A stretch of 64,000 bases of DNA, from NCBI GenBank assembly GCA_937922045.1, contig CAKZXA010000004.1:42878-106877 (forward strand). The letters are read 5' to 3'. Under the pieces are notes generated by a model. It was not told the DNA's origin. It did not search any database and saw only the letters and a list, made by a program, of their open reading frames with translations. A program made the translations under genes and the position numbers. Within the stretch, counting starts at the first letter, position 1. Every line of letters starts with the position of its first letter. The stretch is from an uncultured Acidimicrobiales bacterium. Its GTDB lineage: Bacteria; Actinomycetota; Acidimicrobiia; Acidimicrobiales; SZUA-35. Shown piece after piece: positions 26,780 through 36,427 of this stretch.

Positions 26780-27321
26780 CTGGCGCTCGGCGGTATTCGC
26801 TGCAGGAGCATGGTCGACCAGTAGACACCGTCTTTGAAACCGACCTCATCCTGAACGGCCTGGGTCGTGAAACCAACACGATGATGAAGCGCAACGCTCG
26901 CTTGATTGGGTAAAGCCACGATTGCATACTGGCGGTGCACGCCACGCCTGTCCAACTCACCGAGGAGGGCACGGTACAGGCTGCTTCCAAGCCCACGACC
27001 GGTGGCGTCGCCGTCGAGCACGATCGTCGTCTCTACCGACGAGTCGTAGGCCGCCTTCAGTCGGTATCGACTGGCCCACGACGCTCCGACAACATAACCA
27101 TCCACCTCGCAGACCCATGCGATCCAGGGATAGCCGTCGTCGCCCAAACCCTCTTCATACAGCACCCACCACTGCCGACGCTGCTCCAGGCTCCACGGTT
27201 CGGTGTCGAACGACACGTGCGAATCAACGATGTACCGGTTGTAGATCTGCGTAATCCGGGGCAGATCGTCGGCCGTTGCCGGCCGATATCTCGCCACGCC
27301 AGGCGCCGGTACTGACATCAC
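26776..27321 (-). CDS. GNAT N-acetyltransferase, phosphinothricin/methionine-sulfoximine acetyltransferase (PAT)-like
   Basis: 181 aa. ATADDLPRITQIYNRYIVDSHVSFDTEPWSLEQRRQWW, AAYDSSVETTIVL, GRGLGSSLYRALL and NQASVALHHRVGF match the PAT-subfamily pattern as I remember it. It has 4-nt overlaps with both neighbours. Confidence 0.75.
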   Translation of the reverse strand: MMSVPAPGVARYRPATADDLPRITQIYNRYIVDSHVSFDTEPWSLEQRRQWWVLYEEGLGDDGYPWIAWVCEVDGYVVGASWASRYRLKAAYDSSVETTIVLDGDATGRGLGSSLYRALLGELDRRGVHRQYAIVALPNQASVALHHRVGFTTQAVQDEVGFKDGVYWSTMLLQRIPPSAR

Positions 27322-28271
27322 GACCGTGTGCTGTCGGTGGTTTCCGGCCCCGCTGCCCCATGGCGCACGTAGGTAGACGTGAGCTCGCGACGCACGAAGT
27401 CACCGAAGACCACCGGCTCGAACCGGGCGGGCCCAGATCCCAGAGGCTCGATGCTCGTCGACATATGCGGATCGTAGAAAAAGGCGCAGGAGTAACGCTC
27501 CTCATGTGGAGGACTCACGACCCGGTGAGGGGTAGCGACCAACCGTCCATTGCTCCAGCGGTGCATCATCGAGCCGGTGTTCATCACGAAAGCCCCCTCG
27601 AGTGGCTCTATGGCCACCCATTGTCCTTCCGGCGAACGGGCCTCAAGACCGCCAACACCATCCTGGGCCAGCATCGTGATGGCTCCGAAGTCTCGGTGAG
27701 GTGCTGAACCATAGAAGCCCTCCCCCGCCGTTCGCTTGCTCGGCGGGTAGTGCAGAAGCCGGAGCCAGGTCGTCGGGCGGTCGAAGGGTTCGGCCAGCGC
27801 ATCGGCCGCGAAGCCGAGCCCGACCAGCATCAGGCCGACCAGGCGCCCGCAGAGTGCACCCATCGCCTGGTCGTACATGGTCAGGGCCGACCGAAACCCT
27901 GGCACGTCGGGCCACTGGTTCGCTCCGGCTAGGTACACGCCGTTGCGCACATCAGGATCATCCGCGCCGGCCTCGTTCATCATCATGAACGAGGCGCTCT
28001 GATTGGGCGTTGACACATCGGCCAGGGTCGAGGTTCGATCGGTCGACTCATCGATCGGGATGTAACCTCGGTGGTTGCTGTCGACGGCCACCGCCATTTT
28101 CGACTTCAACGGTTGAGCGTGGAACCGGTGGGAGGCGTCGAAGACAGCATCGACCAGGGCGGGATCGATCCCATGACCGATGATGTATCCGAAGCCGAGA
28201 CCGCTATAGGTTTCGACGAGCTGGTCGGCGACGACGGCTTCGTCACCCGAAACGTCGATGACAGGCATCAC
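27318..28271 (-). CDS. 2-oxoglutarate/Fe(II)-dependent oxygenase (isopenicillin-N-synthase-like family)
   Basis: 317 aa. MPVIDVSG...GFGYIIGHGI (DIOX_N), HRDFGAITMLAQD (HxD) and ATPHRVV...RYSCAFF (distal His, 2OG Arg). It is a paralogue type of the 4252-5280 gene. Confidence 0.8.
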   Translation of the reverse strand: MMPVIDVSGDEAVVADQLVETYSGLGFGYIIGHGIDPALVDAVFDASHRFHAQPLKSKMAVAVDSNHRGYIPIDESTDRTSTLADVSTPNQSASFMMMNEAGADDPDVRNGVYLAGANQWPDVPGFRSALTMYDQAMGALCGRLVGLMLVGLGFAADALAEPFDRPTTWLRLLHYPPSKRTAGEGFYGSAPHRDFGAITMLAQDGVGGLEARSPEGQWVAIEPLEGAFVMNTGSMMHRWSNGRLVATPHRVVSPPHEERYSCAFFYDPHMSTSIEPLGSGPARFEPVVFGDFVRRELTSTYVRHGAAGPETTDSTRS

Positions 28272-29632
28272 CGGTCGAGCGCCGCCGCGGCCGGGCGGAC
28301 CCAGCGATCGAATTCATCGAGGGCGTCATCGAGCTTGTCGATGAGCTCATCGACCTCCTCGTCGGAGGAATTGATTGGCGGTCCCACGAGGAGGTGATCG
28401 CCCTCATAGCCGCCGCGAGTTCGCCCTGGATAGAGGATCAAGCCTCGGTCATAACAGAGCTCGGCCAAAACAGTATTGGCATCGAGCTCGACAGGCAGGG
28501 GATCAAGCGACGACGGGTCAGCCACAAGTTCGAGCCCAAGCAAGGCACCCTTGCCTCGAACATGGCCAACGTTGTGATGCCGATCTCGCAGCTGTTCAAG
28601 CCCGTCCAGCAATCGATCGCCGATCGCTTCGGCTCGTCCACAAAGATCGTGCTCCACCACCTCGGCCAGAACAGCCCGGCCCGCGGCACAGGCCAATGGG
28701 TTGCCGGCATATGTGTGCCCGTGCACAAAGCCGCCCTCCTTGGCGATTGGTTCCAGAACACGATCGGACGTGATCATGGCACCCAAAGGCACGTAGCCAG
28801 CTCCTAGACCTTTCGAAACGGCGGCGACATCAGGTACGACACCCCAGTGTTCGGTAGCGAGATAGCGACCGCAGCGACCCAGCCCGGACATCACCTCGTC
28901 GGCGATGAGAAGCAAGCCGTGGCGATCGCAGATCCTCCGGATCTCGGGCAGGTAGGTTTCGGGTGGCACATTGGCCCCGGTCGACGCCCCACCGACGGGT
29001 TCCATCAGAAAGGCGAGCACGGTCTCCGGGCCCTGAGCCACAATCTCGTCCTCGAGCATCCGGGCATAGTGCAGGCCCCGGTCTTCGGCCGATAGCTCAT
29101 CGTTGTCGAGATACGCCTGGGGGGCAGGAATCTTCGGCATGACCTGGATCATTGGAGCGAAGGGATCGAGCCGTTGTTGATGACCGGTCACGGCCAATGC
29201 CCCGAATGTTGCGCCATGATACGAAGGGGCCAGGGAGATCACCTTGGTTCGATCTTCCTGGCCCATGGCGATCGCCCATTGGCGTGCCACCTTGATGCAG
29301 GCCTCGACCGCCTCGGATCCGCCCGACACGAAGAAGACTCGTTCCAGCTCACCCGGCATGACGGCTGCCAGCTCATGAGCAAGAGCTTCGGTCGTTTCGT
29401 TCACAAAGTGCATGCGGTAGGCGAAGGTGGTCGTTTCCAACTGATCGCGCATGGCCTGAAGAACTCGAGGATGGGAATGACCGATGTTCACCGCCAGAGG
29501 GCCGGATGACCCGTCGAGAAATCGCCGCCCGTCCTTGGTATAAATCATGCTGCCAACGGCGCGGTCGATGGCCGGCCGCTTCACATCATTGAGGTAGAAA
29601 AGATGGGATTCGTCGCTGACTACCACGCCCAC
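28268..29632 (-). CDS. Class-III (omega/acetylornithine-type) PLP aminotransferase
   Basis: GPLAVNIGHSHPRV, FFVSGGSEAVE, LLIADEVMSGLGRCG and AAVSKGLGAGY (PLP Lys region). The ORF extends to 29683 (TTG). GTG at 29632 or 29626 fits the conserved N-terminus better. The start is uncertain. Confidence 0.85.
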   Translation of the reverse strand: MGVVVSDESHLFYLNDVKRPAIDRAVGSMIYTKDGRRFLDGSSGPLAVNIGHSHPRVLQAMRDQLETTTFAYRMHFVNETTEALAHELAAVMPGELERVFFVSGGSEAVEACIKVARQWAIAMGQEDRTKVISLAPSYHGATFGALAVTGHQQRLDPFAPMIQVMPKIPAPQAYLDNDELSAEDRGLHYARMLEDEIVAQGPETVLAFLMEPVGGASTGANVPPETYLPEIRRICDRHGLLLIADEVMSGLGRCGRYLATEHWGVVPDVAAVSKGLGAGYVPLGAMITSDRVLEPIAKEGGFVHGHTYAGNPLACAAGRAVLAEVVEHDLCGRAEAIGDRLLDGLEQLRDRHHNVGHVRGKGALLGLELVADPSSLDPLPVELDANTVLAELCYDRGLILYPGRTRGGYEGDHLLVGPPINSSDEEVDELIDKLDDALDEFDRWVRPAAAALDR

Positions 29633-29794
29633 AAGGTAACACTCTCGCCCCACGATGGCGAAGAAGAGAAGGCCTTCAGACAAACCGGCCGAGAGGTCCG
29701 ACCGTCGCCGCGATCGTTGGCATCGAGCCGACTATCGGCCGCATGAGCGGTGGCGTTGTCTCCAACCGCAACCACTCGGCCGTCTTCGACAGCG

Positions 29795-30517
29795 CTAGCT
29801 GCCGTGTTCGGCTAGTTGCTGGCTTCGAAGCTGCAGCATGTGCCACATGAGCGCAGAGTTTGAGCTCACCACTGGCTTACCGAGGATCCGTTGTGCCTCG
29901 TCGAGCACACCCGCCGTACGCAGGTTCGTACACGAAGCGAAGACGACGTCGCACTCTTCGTGACCAACATCAAGCATCGCTTTGAGCACGGACTCGTTGC
30001 TGATCCTGGCCACGTTTGGGTCCTCGGCTTCAAAGAATGAAGCCGACGACGTGACGCTGAAGCCATCGCCTTCGAGGTTGTCGATCATCGCCTGGGACAC
30101 CTCGGGAACGTAGGGTGTCAGCAAGCCGATGCGGCGAGCATCAAGGTCATTGAGCCTGGCCTTGACGGCCGTAAGCGGATTTGTCACTGCGACGTTGGGA
30201 AGGGCTCGCCGAACCGCTGCTGCGACTTCCGCCTCGCCAATCACGGTCGCTCCCGACGTGCAGGCGTAGGCGACCGTTCCGATGTGGGCATGATGCGGAA
30301 ACAGCTCGACGGCTCGAGGAATCTCCGCTTCCATGGCGCAAAGCGTCTCGGTCGTCACCTCGGTCGCGTTGGGGACACGACTGTGAAACAGCGCTACCCC
30401 TTCCGGCAGCCAGCCTCGGAACTCCTCTTCCAGCGTCTCGTCGGTCTGCAAGACCACAAGGCCTAGTGAAGAAAAGGGTTGATGGAAGACTGCACTGGTA
30501 TAGGTGACGTGCTTCAT
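29795..30517 (-). CDS. Asp/Glu/hydantoin-racemase-fold protein (maleate isomerase / arylmalonate decarboxylase / EutA-like)
   Basis: 240 aa. GLVVLQTDETLEEEF plus the two Cys-containing loops YACTSGATV and ASCTNLRT, which are typical of this superfamily. Confidence 0.7.
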   Translation of the reverse strand: MKHVTYTSAVFHQPFSSLGLVVLQTDETLEEEFRGWLPEGVALFHSRVPNATEVTTETLCAMEAEIPRAVELFPHHAHIGTVAYACTSGATVIGEAEVAAAVRRALPNVAVTNPLTAVKARLNDLDARRIGLLTPYVPEVSQAMIDNLEGDGFSVTSSASFFEAEDPNVARISNESVLKAMLDVGHEECDVVFASCTNLRTAGVLDEAQRILGKPVVSSNSALMWHMLQLRSQQLAEHGS

Positions 30518-30526
30518 AGGATCAAA

Positions 30527-32107
30527 CTAGCCACAGAGCTCTAGCAGTGCCTTGCGAGCTCGTTCCTTGCCGACGTTGTAGGAGAGCCAGTCCGGTTGGT
30601 CGTTCAAAGAGCCGGGGCTGATGTAGCACAACTCCTCCTGAACGGTTGCCGCTAGCTCCGGTGAGAGCCGATCGAGGCCTTCGGCCATCTTGGCCGCCCC
30701 ATCGCCGTGGAACTGGCTGTAACGCACATGCCAAGCCAAAACGTCCTGGTTTCGGTCGAGGTTGTTTTCGGCCACCAGCCGTTGCGGGTTGAACAGATTC
30801 AAACCGAACAGCATGACCACCCCGACCGCTGCGATCGCGGGGAACAACCAGGCCTGTGAGAGCCGGAAACCACGGAGCCGCAGTGCAAGCAAGCCAAAGG
30901 CAGCCGCTATCCATGCGGAGACGACAAAGGCGTAGAGACGGCGGGAGGTTAGTCCGCTGTCGTCGACGTAGAACGAGATTCGCATCACGGCTACGGCCAC
31001 GATCATGAGGGTCAATCCCACCGTGACATAGCCGCCGACGCGGGCGTTGCGACTCGCCCCCGCATGGTTACGAGACAAGACCTGCAAGGTCATCACGACG
31101 CCGAGGGTGATTGCTGCTACCCAAATGAGCTGGAAGAAGCCTTGCCGTGCGAACTGTTTCTGATCGAGGCCGGCTCGGGCCAAGGCTTCATCGGCGCCAC
31201 CGACGACGGTCAGCACCTGGGCCACGGCGAAGACACTGAACAGGGCCACGATGGCCCCCAGGATGACGCCAACCTCGACCGCGCCAAAGCGACCTTCGGT
31301 CAGGGGCCGGGTTTCGGAGTGCTCAAGAGTCGAGTAGCGGAGCAGGGCAGCCATGGCGACCGCGCCGATTGCGGCCAGAAACAGGTGGACGAAGATGCCA
31401 CCTCCACCGAGATTGACCGAGGTGAAGAAGGAGCGGAAGACAACGTCGGCCGAAGCCAGAAGCAGGCCGAGGATCAAGACGATCGGGGCTGCAATGGCAA
31501 CGCCGCGGACGGCTGCCTTGCTCGATGAGTCACCGGTTTCACCCCAGGTTCGATAGCGAGCCAAGGCCTCGGCCATGCCGACGAACGGGGTCACCACCAG
31601 CTGCTCAAAGAAGAGCACGCCCTCTTTCAGCACCGATCCTGGGCCTATGTCCCACAGCCGCTGGCGGGTACCGGTTGCTGCGCCGGCAGCGAGCAAGGAG
31701 AAGGCCACCACGAAATTGAACAAGGTCAGCAAGGGGTCGGTTCGCCAGGCAATAAATCCGCCGAATAGCACGGCCAGAGCCAGCAGAATCTTGGCCGATC
31801 GCGAGCGAACAAAGCCGGAGGCCAACAGTCCTACCGCCACCACCAGAACCAGTAGTGCGGTCGCCACGTTGTTCCACGGAGGCCGGCGGAGGGCCAGGTC
31901 GGCACAAACCGCGGCCGCGAGGACAGCAGCAACCCACACGGGCTTGAGCGGCGTCGGCGCTGGAGGTTCTTCGATTCGAAGCCGCTCAGCGGGCATGGGG
32001 ACAGCTATCGCGTCTTCCGATGGCGCTGGCGGGATGGCTACCGCCACCTCGGCCGCTGGATCACTGTCGGCACCGGACTCGGGACCAGGATTCTCACTAT
32101 CGCTCAT
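30527..32107 (-). CDS. Polytopic membrane protein of unknown function (DUF4153/DUF4173-like by my recollection)
   Basis: About 10 or more predicted TM helices after a Pro/Glu-rich cytoplasmic N-terminus, then a soluble ~90-aa C-terminal tail. I chose ATG 32107 (MSDSENPG...) because it follows GAGAGGAGAG. The ORF track starts at 32164. Confidence 0.55.
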   Translation of the reverse strand: MSDSENPGPESGADSDPAAEVAVAIPPAPSEDAIAVPMPAERLRIEEPPAPTPLKPVWVAAVLAAAVCADLALRRPPWNNVATALLVLVVAVGLLASGFVRSRSAKILLALAVLFGGFIAWRTDPLLTLFNFVVAFSLLAAGAATGTRQRLWDIGPGSVLKEGVLFFEQLVVTPFVGMAEALARYRTWGETGDSSSKAAVRGVAIAAPIVLILGLLLASADVVFRSFFTSVNLGGGGIFVHLFLAAIGAVAMAALLRYSTLEHSETRPLTEGRFGAVEVGVILGAIVALFSVFAVAQVLTVVGGADEALARAGLDQKQFARQGFFQLIWVAAITLGVVMTLQVLSRNHAGASRNARVGGYVTVGLTLMIVAVAVMRISFYVDDSGLTSRRLYAFVVSAWIAAAFGLLALRLRGFRLSQAWLFPAIAAVGVVMLFGLNLFNPQRLVAENNLDRNQDVLAWHVRYSQFHGDGAAKMAEGLDRLSPELAATVQEELCYISPGSLNDQPDWLSYNVGKERARKALLELCG

Positions 32108-32209
32108 TCGGGCACTCTCCTCTCCCGAAACAGTACTGCTGATACACAGCGCGAGAAAGGGCACTCCCCCCTGATTGGGCGAATCGACCCTAGGCCTTGG
32201 TCGGAGGGG

Positions 32210-35200
32210 CTAGAGCAGGTTTCCGTAGCGGTGCATGGTCCGACTGATGGCTTGTTCCCTCAGATAGTGAAGGAGTTCCACGCGCCCCTCGTCGGTGACC
32301 GGACCATCGGCGACATGAAGACCTAGCCGGTTCGCCACTGTGTGCAGTGCCTGCTCGGTGGTTCCAACCACCCGTACTCGGTCGACATCGAGCGATTCGA
32401 GCCTGGCCGCGAAGGCGCCAGCCGTTTCAGAAGATGCGTGAGATTCCACCAGCGCAACATCACAACGTTTTGCGGCTGCTCGCACCCTCTCGATCGCTTC
32501 GCCGGTGGCGTCGGACTCGACCCTCAACGCCACCCGACGAAGGGGGCGGTAGCGCAACACGTTCGCCTCGCAGAACAAACCGGTGGGGTCATGCTCTTGA
32601 GAAAATTCTGTGTTCCAAGCATCGGCGTCACTTCGCTGGGCCGCCTCGAGGTCGATCCCATCGACCGAATGCCAGGTGCCGAGTTGGGCCACATAGTTTG
32701 GACCACCCGCTTTGGCTCCTGGGCCGATAGCCGAACGCTTCCATCCGCCAAACGGCTGCCGCTGCACGATTGCGCCGGTGATGACGCGGTTGATGTAGAC
32801 GTTGCCTACCTCGACCTTGTCCAACCAGCGGTCGACCTCGGCATCATCCAGACTGTGGATGCCACCGGTGAGTCCGAAGGAAACACCATTTTGCATCGTC
32901 AGCGCCTCGCCGAGATCGCTTGCGTGCATTACGCCGAGCACTGGCCCGAAGCACTCGGTCTGATGGAACCAGCTGCCAGCTCGCACACCAAGCTTTACGC
33001 CTGGCGTCCAGGTTCGCGGCCCGAGGCGTCGAGGTTCGACCAGCCACTCCTCTCCCGGCTCCAGCGTGCTCAACGCACGCAGCAGCTTGCCGTCCGGCTC
33101 GTGAATCGTTGGCCCAAGGTTGGTGCCCAGATCGGCGGCGTCGCCAACCTGAAGGCTGGCTACCGCATCGCTCAGCTGACGGCGAAAGCGTTCCGAGGTG
33201 TACACGTCGCCAACACAGATCGCGAGGCTCGCAGCCGAGCATTTCTGGCCAGCATGGCCGAAGGCCGAAGCGACGAGGTCGGCGACGGCCAAATCGATGT
33301 CGGCGTTCGGTGTGATCACGAGGGCGTTCTTGCCCGACGTCTCAGCGAAGATTCGAAGATCGGGCTTCCATGATCGAAACAGTTCGGCGGTTTCGTAGGC
33401 CCCGGTAAGAATAATGCCATCGACACCCTGGTGGGTTATCAGATGGCGACCGGTGTCGTTGTCGGGTACTCGCAGAAACTGGACGACATCCCGCGGCACG
33501 CCAGCGGCCCAGCAGCATTCGGCAACGATCTCCGCACACCGGGGGGTCTCAGGCGGTGGTTTCAGAATGGCGGCGTTGCCCGCCGCTATCGAGCCCATCA
33601 CACCTCCGGTGCAAATGGCGACAGGGAAGTTCCAGGGGGGCACGATGGCCATCACACCGAGCGGCTCGAAGCGGACCGTCTCGTGGCCTTCAAGCCGTTC
33701 GGCCTGGCGGCCGTAGTAGCGAGCGAAGTCGATCGCTTCGGACACCTCAGGATCGGCTTGCTCGAACGTCTTGGATGCCTCGTAAACCATGGCCGAGATC
33801 AGGTCTCCGCGCCGGCGGTTCAACTCGTCGCCAACGGCGTGCAGAATCTTCGCCCGGTCGGCGACTGAACGGGCCGCCCAGGCGGCCTGGCCGGCGCGGG
33901 CGTTGGTCACGACACTGTCCACGGTGTCCATGTCGTCGACCATGGCGGACCGGGGCGGTGTTTCTCCAACGGCCACGACCTCGGCGGCCCATTGACGGTT
34001 GGCTGGGATCGAAGGGTCGGTGTCGGGTTCGTTGACGAAGCGATCGGTTTGGCCTGGCCCATCGTCGGGCTGTTGATCATCGTGGACGAGTCGATTCTGA
34101 ACTCTTCGAGGACCGAACTCCCCCGCCCACCGCTCCTCAACCGCTACACCAAACTTGGCCGCCTCGGCCTTGAAGGCAAGGTCGCCGGGCCGCATGGCAA
34201 AGAGGTGACGGATGAAGTTCTCGTCCGCCGCGTTCTCCTCCAACCGTCGGAACAGGTAGCTGATAGCCACATCAAAGTCGGTCTCAGCAACCGCCGGCGA
34301 GTACAACAACAACTCACCGGTCGCGGCCTTGGTGACACGAGCCTGCGCCGGCGCCATGCCCTGCAACATCTCGAACGAGACCCGTTCGGCGACCTTGCGT
34401 TGTTCGCTGAGCAGGTGAGCCCAAGCCACGTCGAAGAGGTTGTGAGAGGCAACACCAATACGGACCGAGCCCAACCGGTCAGGCGTCATCACCCAGTCGA
34501 GACACCGCTTGTAGTTCGCATCGGTTGCGGCCTTTGATGTGTACGGCGCTTGAGGCCAGCCAGCGATAGCGGCCTCGACCTTCTCCATGGCAAGGTTGGC
34601 TCCCTTCACCAGCCTCACCTTGATGACACCCCCGGAATACCCGTCGACCTGGCGGTCGCCGCGCTCGTTCGCCCACGCCACCAACTGCTGGAGTGCCTCC
34701 AGCGAGTCGGGTAGATAAGCCTGGATGACGATGCCAGCATCGACTCGATGAAATTCGGGCTCGTCGAGCAGGGCCATGAAGGCTGTCATGGTCAACTCCA
34801 GGTCGTGGTACTCCTCCATGTCTAGGTTGATGAAGGTGCGAGGCGAGGTTGCCGCCGCCTTTCTGAACAAGGGGCGGAGGCGATCGATGACCCGTTGCAC
34901 CGACGTGGCGTAGTCCCAATAGTTGAGCTGCGACACCACGGCCGATGTCTTTACCGACACATAGTCGACGTCGGGCTGGTCGAGCAGTGTCATTGCTTCG
35001 CGGTGCCTTCGATCGGCCTCGGCCTCCCCCAACACCGCTTCACCCAGCAGGTTGACGTTGAGTCCGAAACCCTCGCCGCGCCGCGACGAGAGGTAGCGAC
35101 CCATCGCTTCCTGCTCGGCGTCGATGACGAGGTGTTTCACCATGCCGCGCATTCGCCGGACAGCCAGCGGGATGACGATTCCCGGCAAGACCGGGGCCAG

Positions 35201-35539
35201 GCGGGCACCAGCCCGAAGCAACATCTTGTCGGCGGCAGACAGAAAGTCGGGCAAGGGGCTTTCTTCGACGAGCGAGACGAGCTGATGAGCTGCCGTCGAC
35301 GAATCCTCTGGCCGGATGACGCGATCGACGAAACCCATGGCGAACTTGACGCCGGCAGCGTCTGCAACCACGCCCTGGAGCTGAAGATTCTGGCGCCGCT
35401 CCGCACGGGTAACTGCCGCCTCGGCTTCGTCCAACCAGACGGCGACGAGAGCCGATGCCTCGTCGACCAGAAGCCGATCGGATCCGTAGGGCAGCTCGTT
35501 CTGTTCGGGTTCGGACATCGCCATGGAGCTCGCAGTCAT
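32210..35539 (-). CDS. putA: Bifunctional proline dehydrogenase / L-glutamate-gamma-semialdehyde (P5C) dehydrogenase
   Basis: 1109 aa. The N-terminal half is PRODH TIM-barrel-like (INLDMEEYHDL, VKGANL). The C-terminal half is an aldehyde dehydrogenase with FAETSGKNA (catalytic Glu) and GHAGQKCSAAS (catalytic Cys). Confidence 0.9.
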   Translation of the reverse strand: MTASSMAMSEPEQNELPYGSDRLLVDEASALVAVWLDEAEAAVTRAERRQNLQLQGVVADAAGVKFAMGFVDRVIRPEDSSTAAHQLVSLVEESPLPDFLSAADKMLLRAGARLAPVLPGIVIPLAVRRMRGMVKHLVIDAEQEAMGRYLSSRRGEGFGLNVNLLGEAVLGEAEADRRHREAMTLLDQPDVDYVSVKTSAVVSQLNYWDYATSVQRVIDRLRPLFRKAAATSPRTFINLDMEEYHDLELTMTAFMALLDEPEFHRVDAGIVIQAYLPDSLEALQQLVAWANERGDRQVDGYSGGVIKVRLVKGANLAMEKVEAAIAGWPQAPYTSKAATDANYKRCLDWVMTPDRLGSVRIGVASHNLFDVAWAHLLSEQRKVAERVSFEMLQGMAPAQARVTKAATGELLLYSPAVAETDFDVAISYLFRRLEENAADENFIRHLFAMRPGDLAFKAEAAKFGVAVEERWAGEFGPRRVQNRLVHDDQQPDDGPGQTDRFVNEPDTDPSIPANRQWAAEVVAVGETPPRSAMVDDMDTVDSVVTNARAGQAAWAARSVADRAKILHAVGDELNRRRGDLISAMVYEASKTFEQADPEVSEAIDFARYYGRQAERLEGHETVRFEPLGVMAIVPPWNFPVAICTGGVMGSIAAGNAAILKPPPETPRCAEIVAECCWAAGVPRDVVQFLRVPDNDTGRHLITHQGVDGIILTGAYETAELFRSWKPDLRIFAETSGKNALVITPNADIDLAVADLVASAFGHAGQKCSAASLAICVGDVYTSERFRRQLSDAVASLQVGDAADLGTNLGPTIHEPDGKLLRALSTLEPGEEWLVEPRRLGPRTWTPGVKLGVRAGSWFHQTECFGPVLGVMHASDLGEALTMQNGVSFGLTGGIHSLDDAEVDRWLDKVEVGNVYINRVITGAIVQRQPFGGWKRSAIGPGAKAGGPNYVAQLGTWHSVDGIDLEAAQRSDADAWNTEFSQEHDPTGLFCEANVLRYRPLRRVALRVESDATGEAIERVRAAAKRCDVALVESHASSETAGAFAARLESLDVDRVRVVGTTEQALHTVANRLGLHVADGPVTDEGRVELLHYLREQAISRTMHRYGNLL

Positions 35540-35649
35540 AGGTCAAGGCTGTCATGGCCCCAGCTTGCGGTATTGCACGATTCGGCCGGTTACACCGTCA
35601 GATCAGGCCAAACTGGGGCGGCTACAGGTGCTGATACCATCGGCTGATA

Positions 35650-36414
35650 GTGGCCGAATCCAAGCAAGCGGCGATGCAGAGCCCCCAGCCGACGGGCCTG
35701 TTCGCCTGCCAGCGGGAACTCCTTGAGCTGTTCGAGGTCCTCGTCGACGTCATCTTCTGCGCCAAAGACCGCGAGGGACGGTATGTGGCGGTGAACCAGG
35801 CCTTCGTGCGCCGCACCGAGAGAAGTTCGAAGCGGGAGGTCGTCGGTGCTCGCGCCTCGGACCTCTTCGACCCCCTCCTCGCCGAGCGCTACGAGGAGCA
35901 GGATGCCCAGGTCTTCTCCAGTGGCGAGCCTCTACGAGACCAGCTCGAACTGATCCGCCGCGTCGATGGCTCGCTCGGCTGGTACCTCACCTTCAAACAA
36001 CCGGTCGGCGCCGATGGGCTGGTCAGCATCAGCCGCGACCTGGGAACACCAAGCCGCCAGGCGGTGGCCATGGAGTCGCTGAATCAGCTGATCGACTTCA
36101 TGCATGAGAACATGGCCGACACAATCCGGCTGGCCGAGATGGCCAAGGTGGCTGGGTGTACCGAGTCACAACTCGACCGCCGAGTTCGCAAGGTGTTCGG
36201 CATGTCACCAACCCAGCTATTGTTGCGGACCAGGGTTGAACAGGCCGCTCATTTGCTGACCGAGACAGATCACCCGTTGGCCGAGATCGCTCTTACCGTC
36301 GGGTTCTATGACCAGGCCGACTTCACTCGGCGTTTCGCTCGGCTGACCAACGCAACACCGGCCCGATTCAGGACGCAATCCCGCCTACATAGCGATCAAC
36401 GTCGCGGCGGTTAG
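35650..36414 (+). CDS. AraC-family transcriptional regulator with an N-terminal PAS-like sensor domain
   Basis: PAS-like LLELFEVLVDVIFCAKDREGRYVAVNQAFV. C-terminal AraC HTH pair (LAEMAKVAGCTESQLDRRVRKVFGMSPTQLLLRTRVEQAAHLL, IALTVGFYDQADFTRRFARLTNATPARFR). Divergent from putA. It has a GTG start; ATG at 35674 is an alternative. Confidence 0.8.
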   Translation: MAESKQAAMQSPQPTGLFACQRELLELFEVLVDVIFCAKDREGRYVAVNQAFVRRTERSSKREVVGARASDLFDPLLAERYEEQDAQVFSSGEPLRDQLELIRRVDGSLGWYLTFKQPVGADGLVSISRDLGTPSRQAVAMESLNQLIDFMHENMADTIRLAEMAKVAGCTESQLDRRVRKVFGMSPTQLLLRTRVEQAAHLLTETDHPLAEIALTVGFYDQADFTRRFARLTNATPARFRTQSRLHSDQRRGG

Positions 36415-36427
36415 GACAGGAGAAGCA

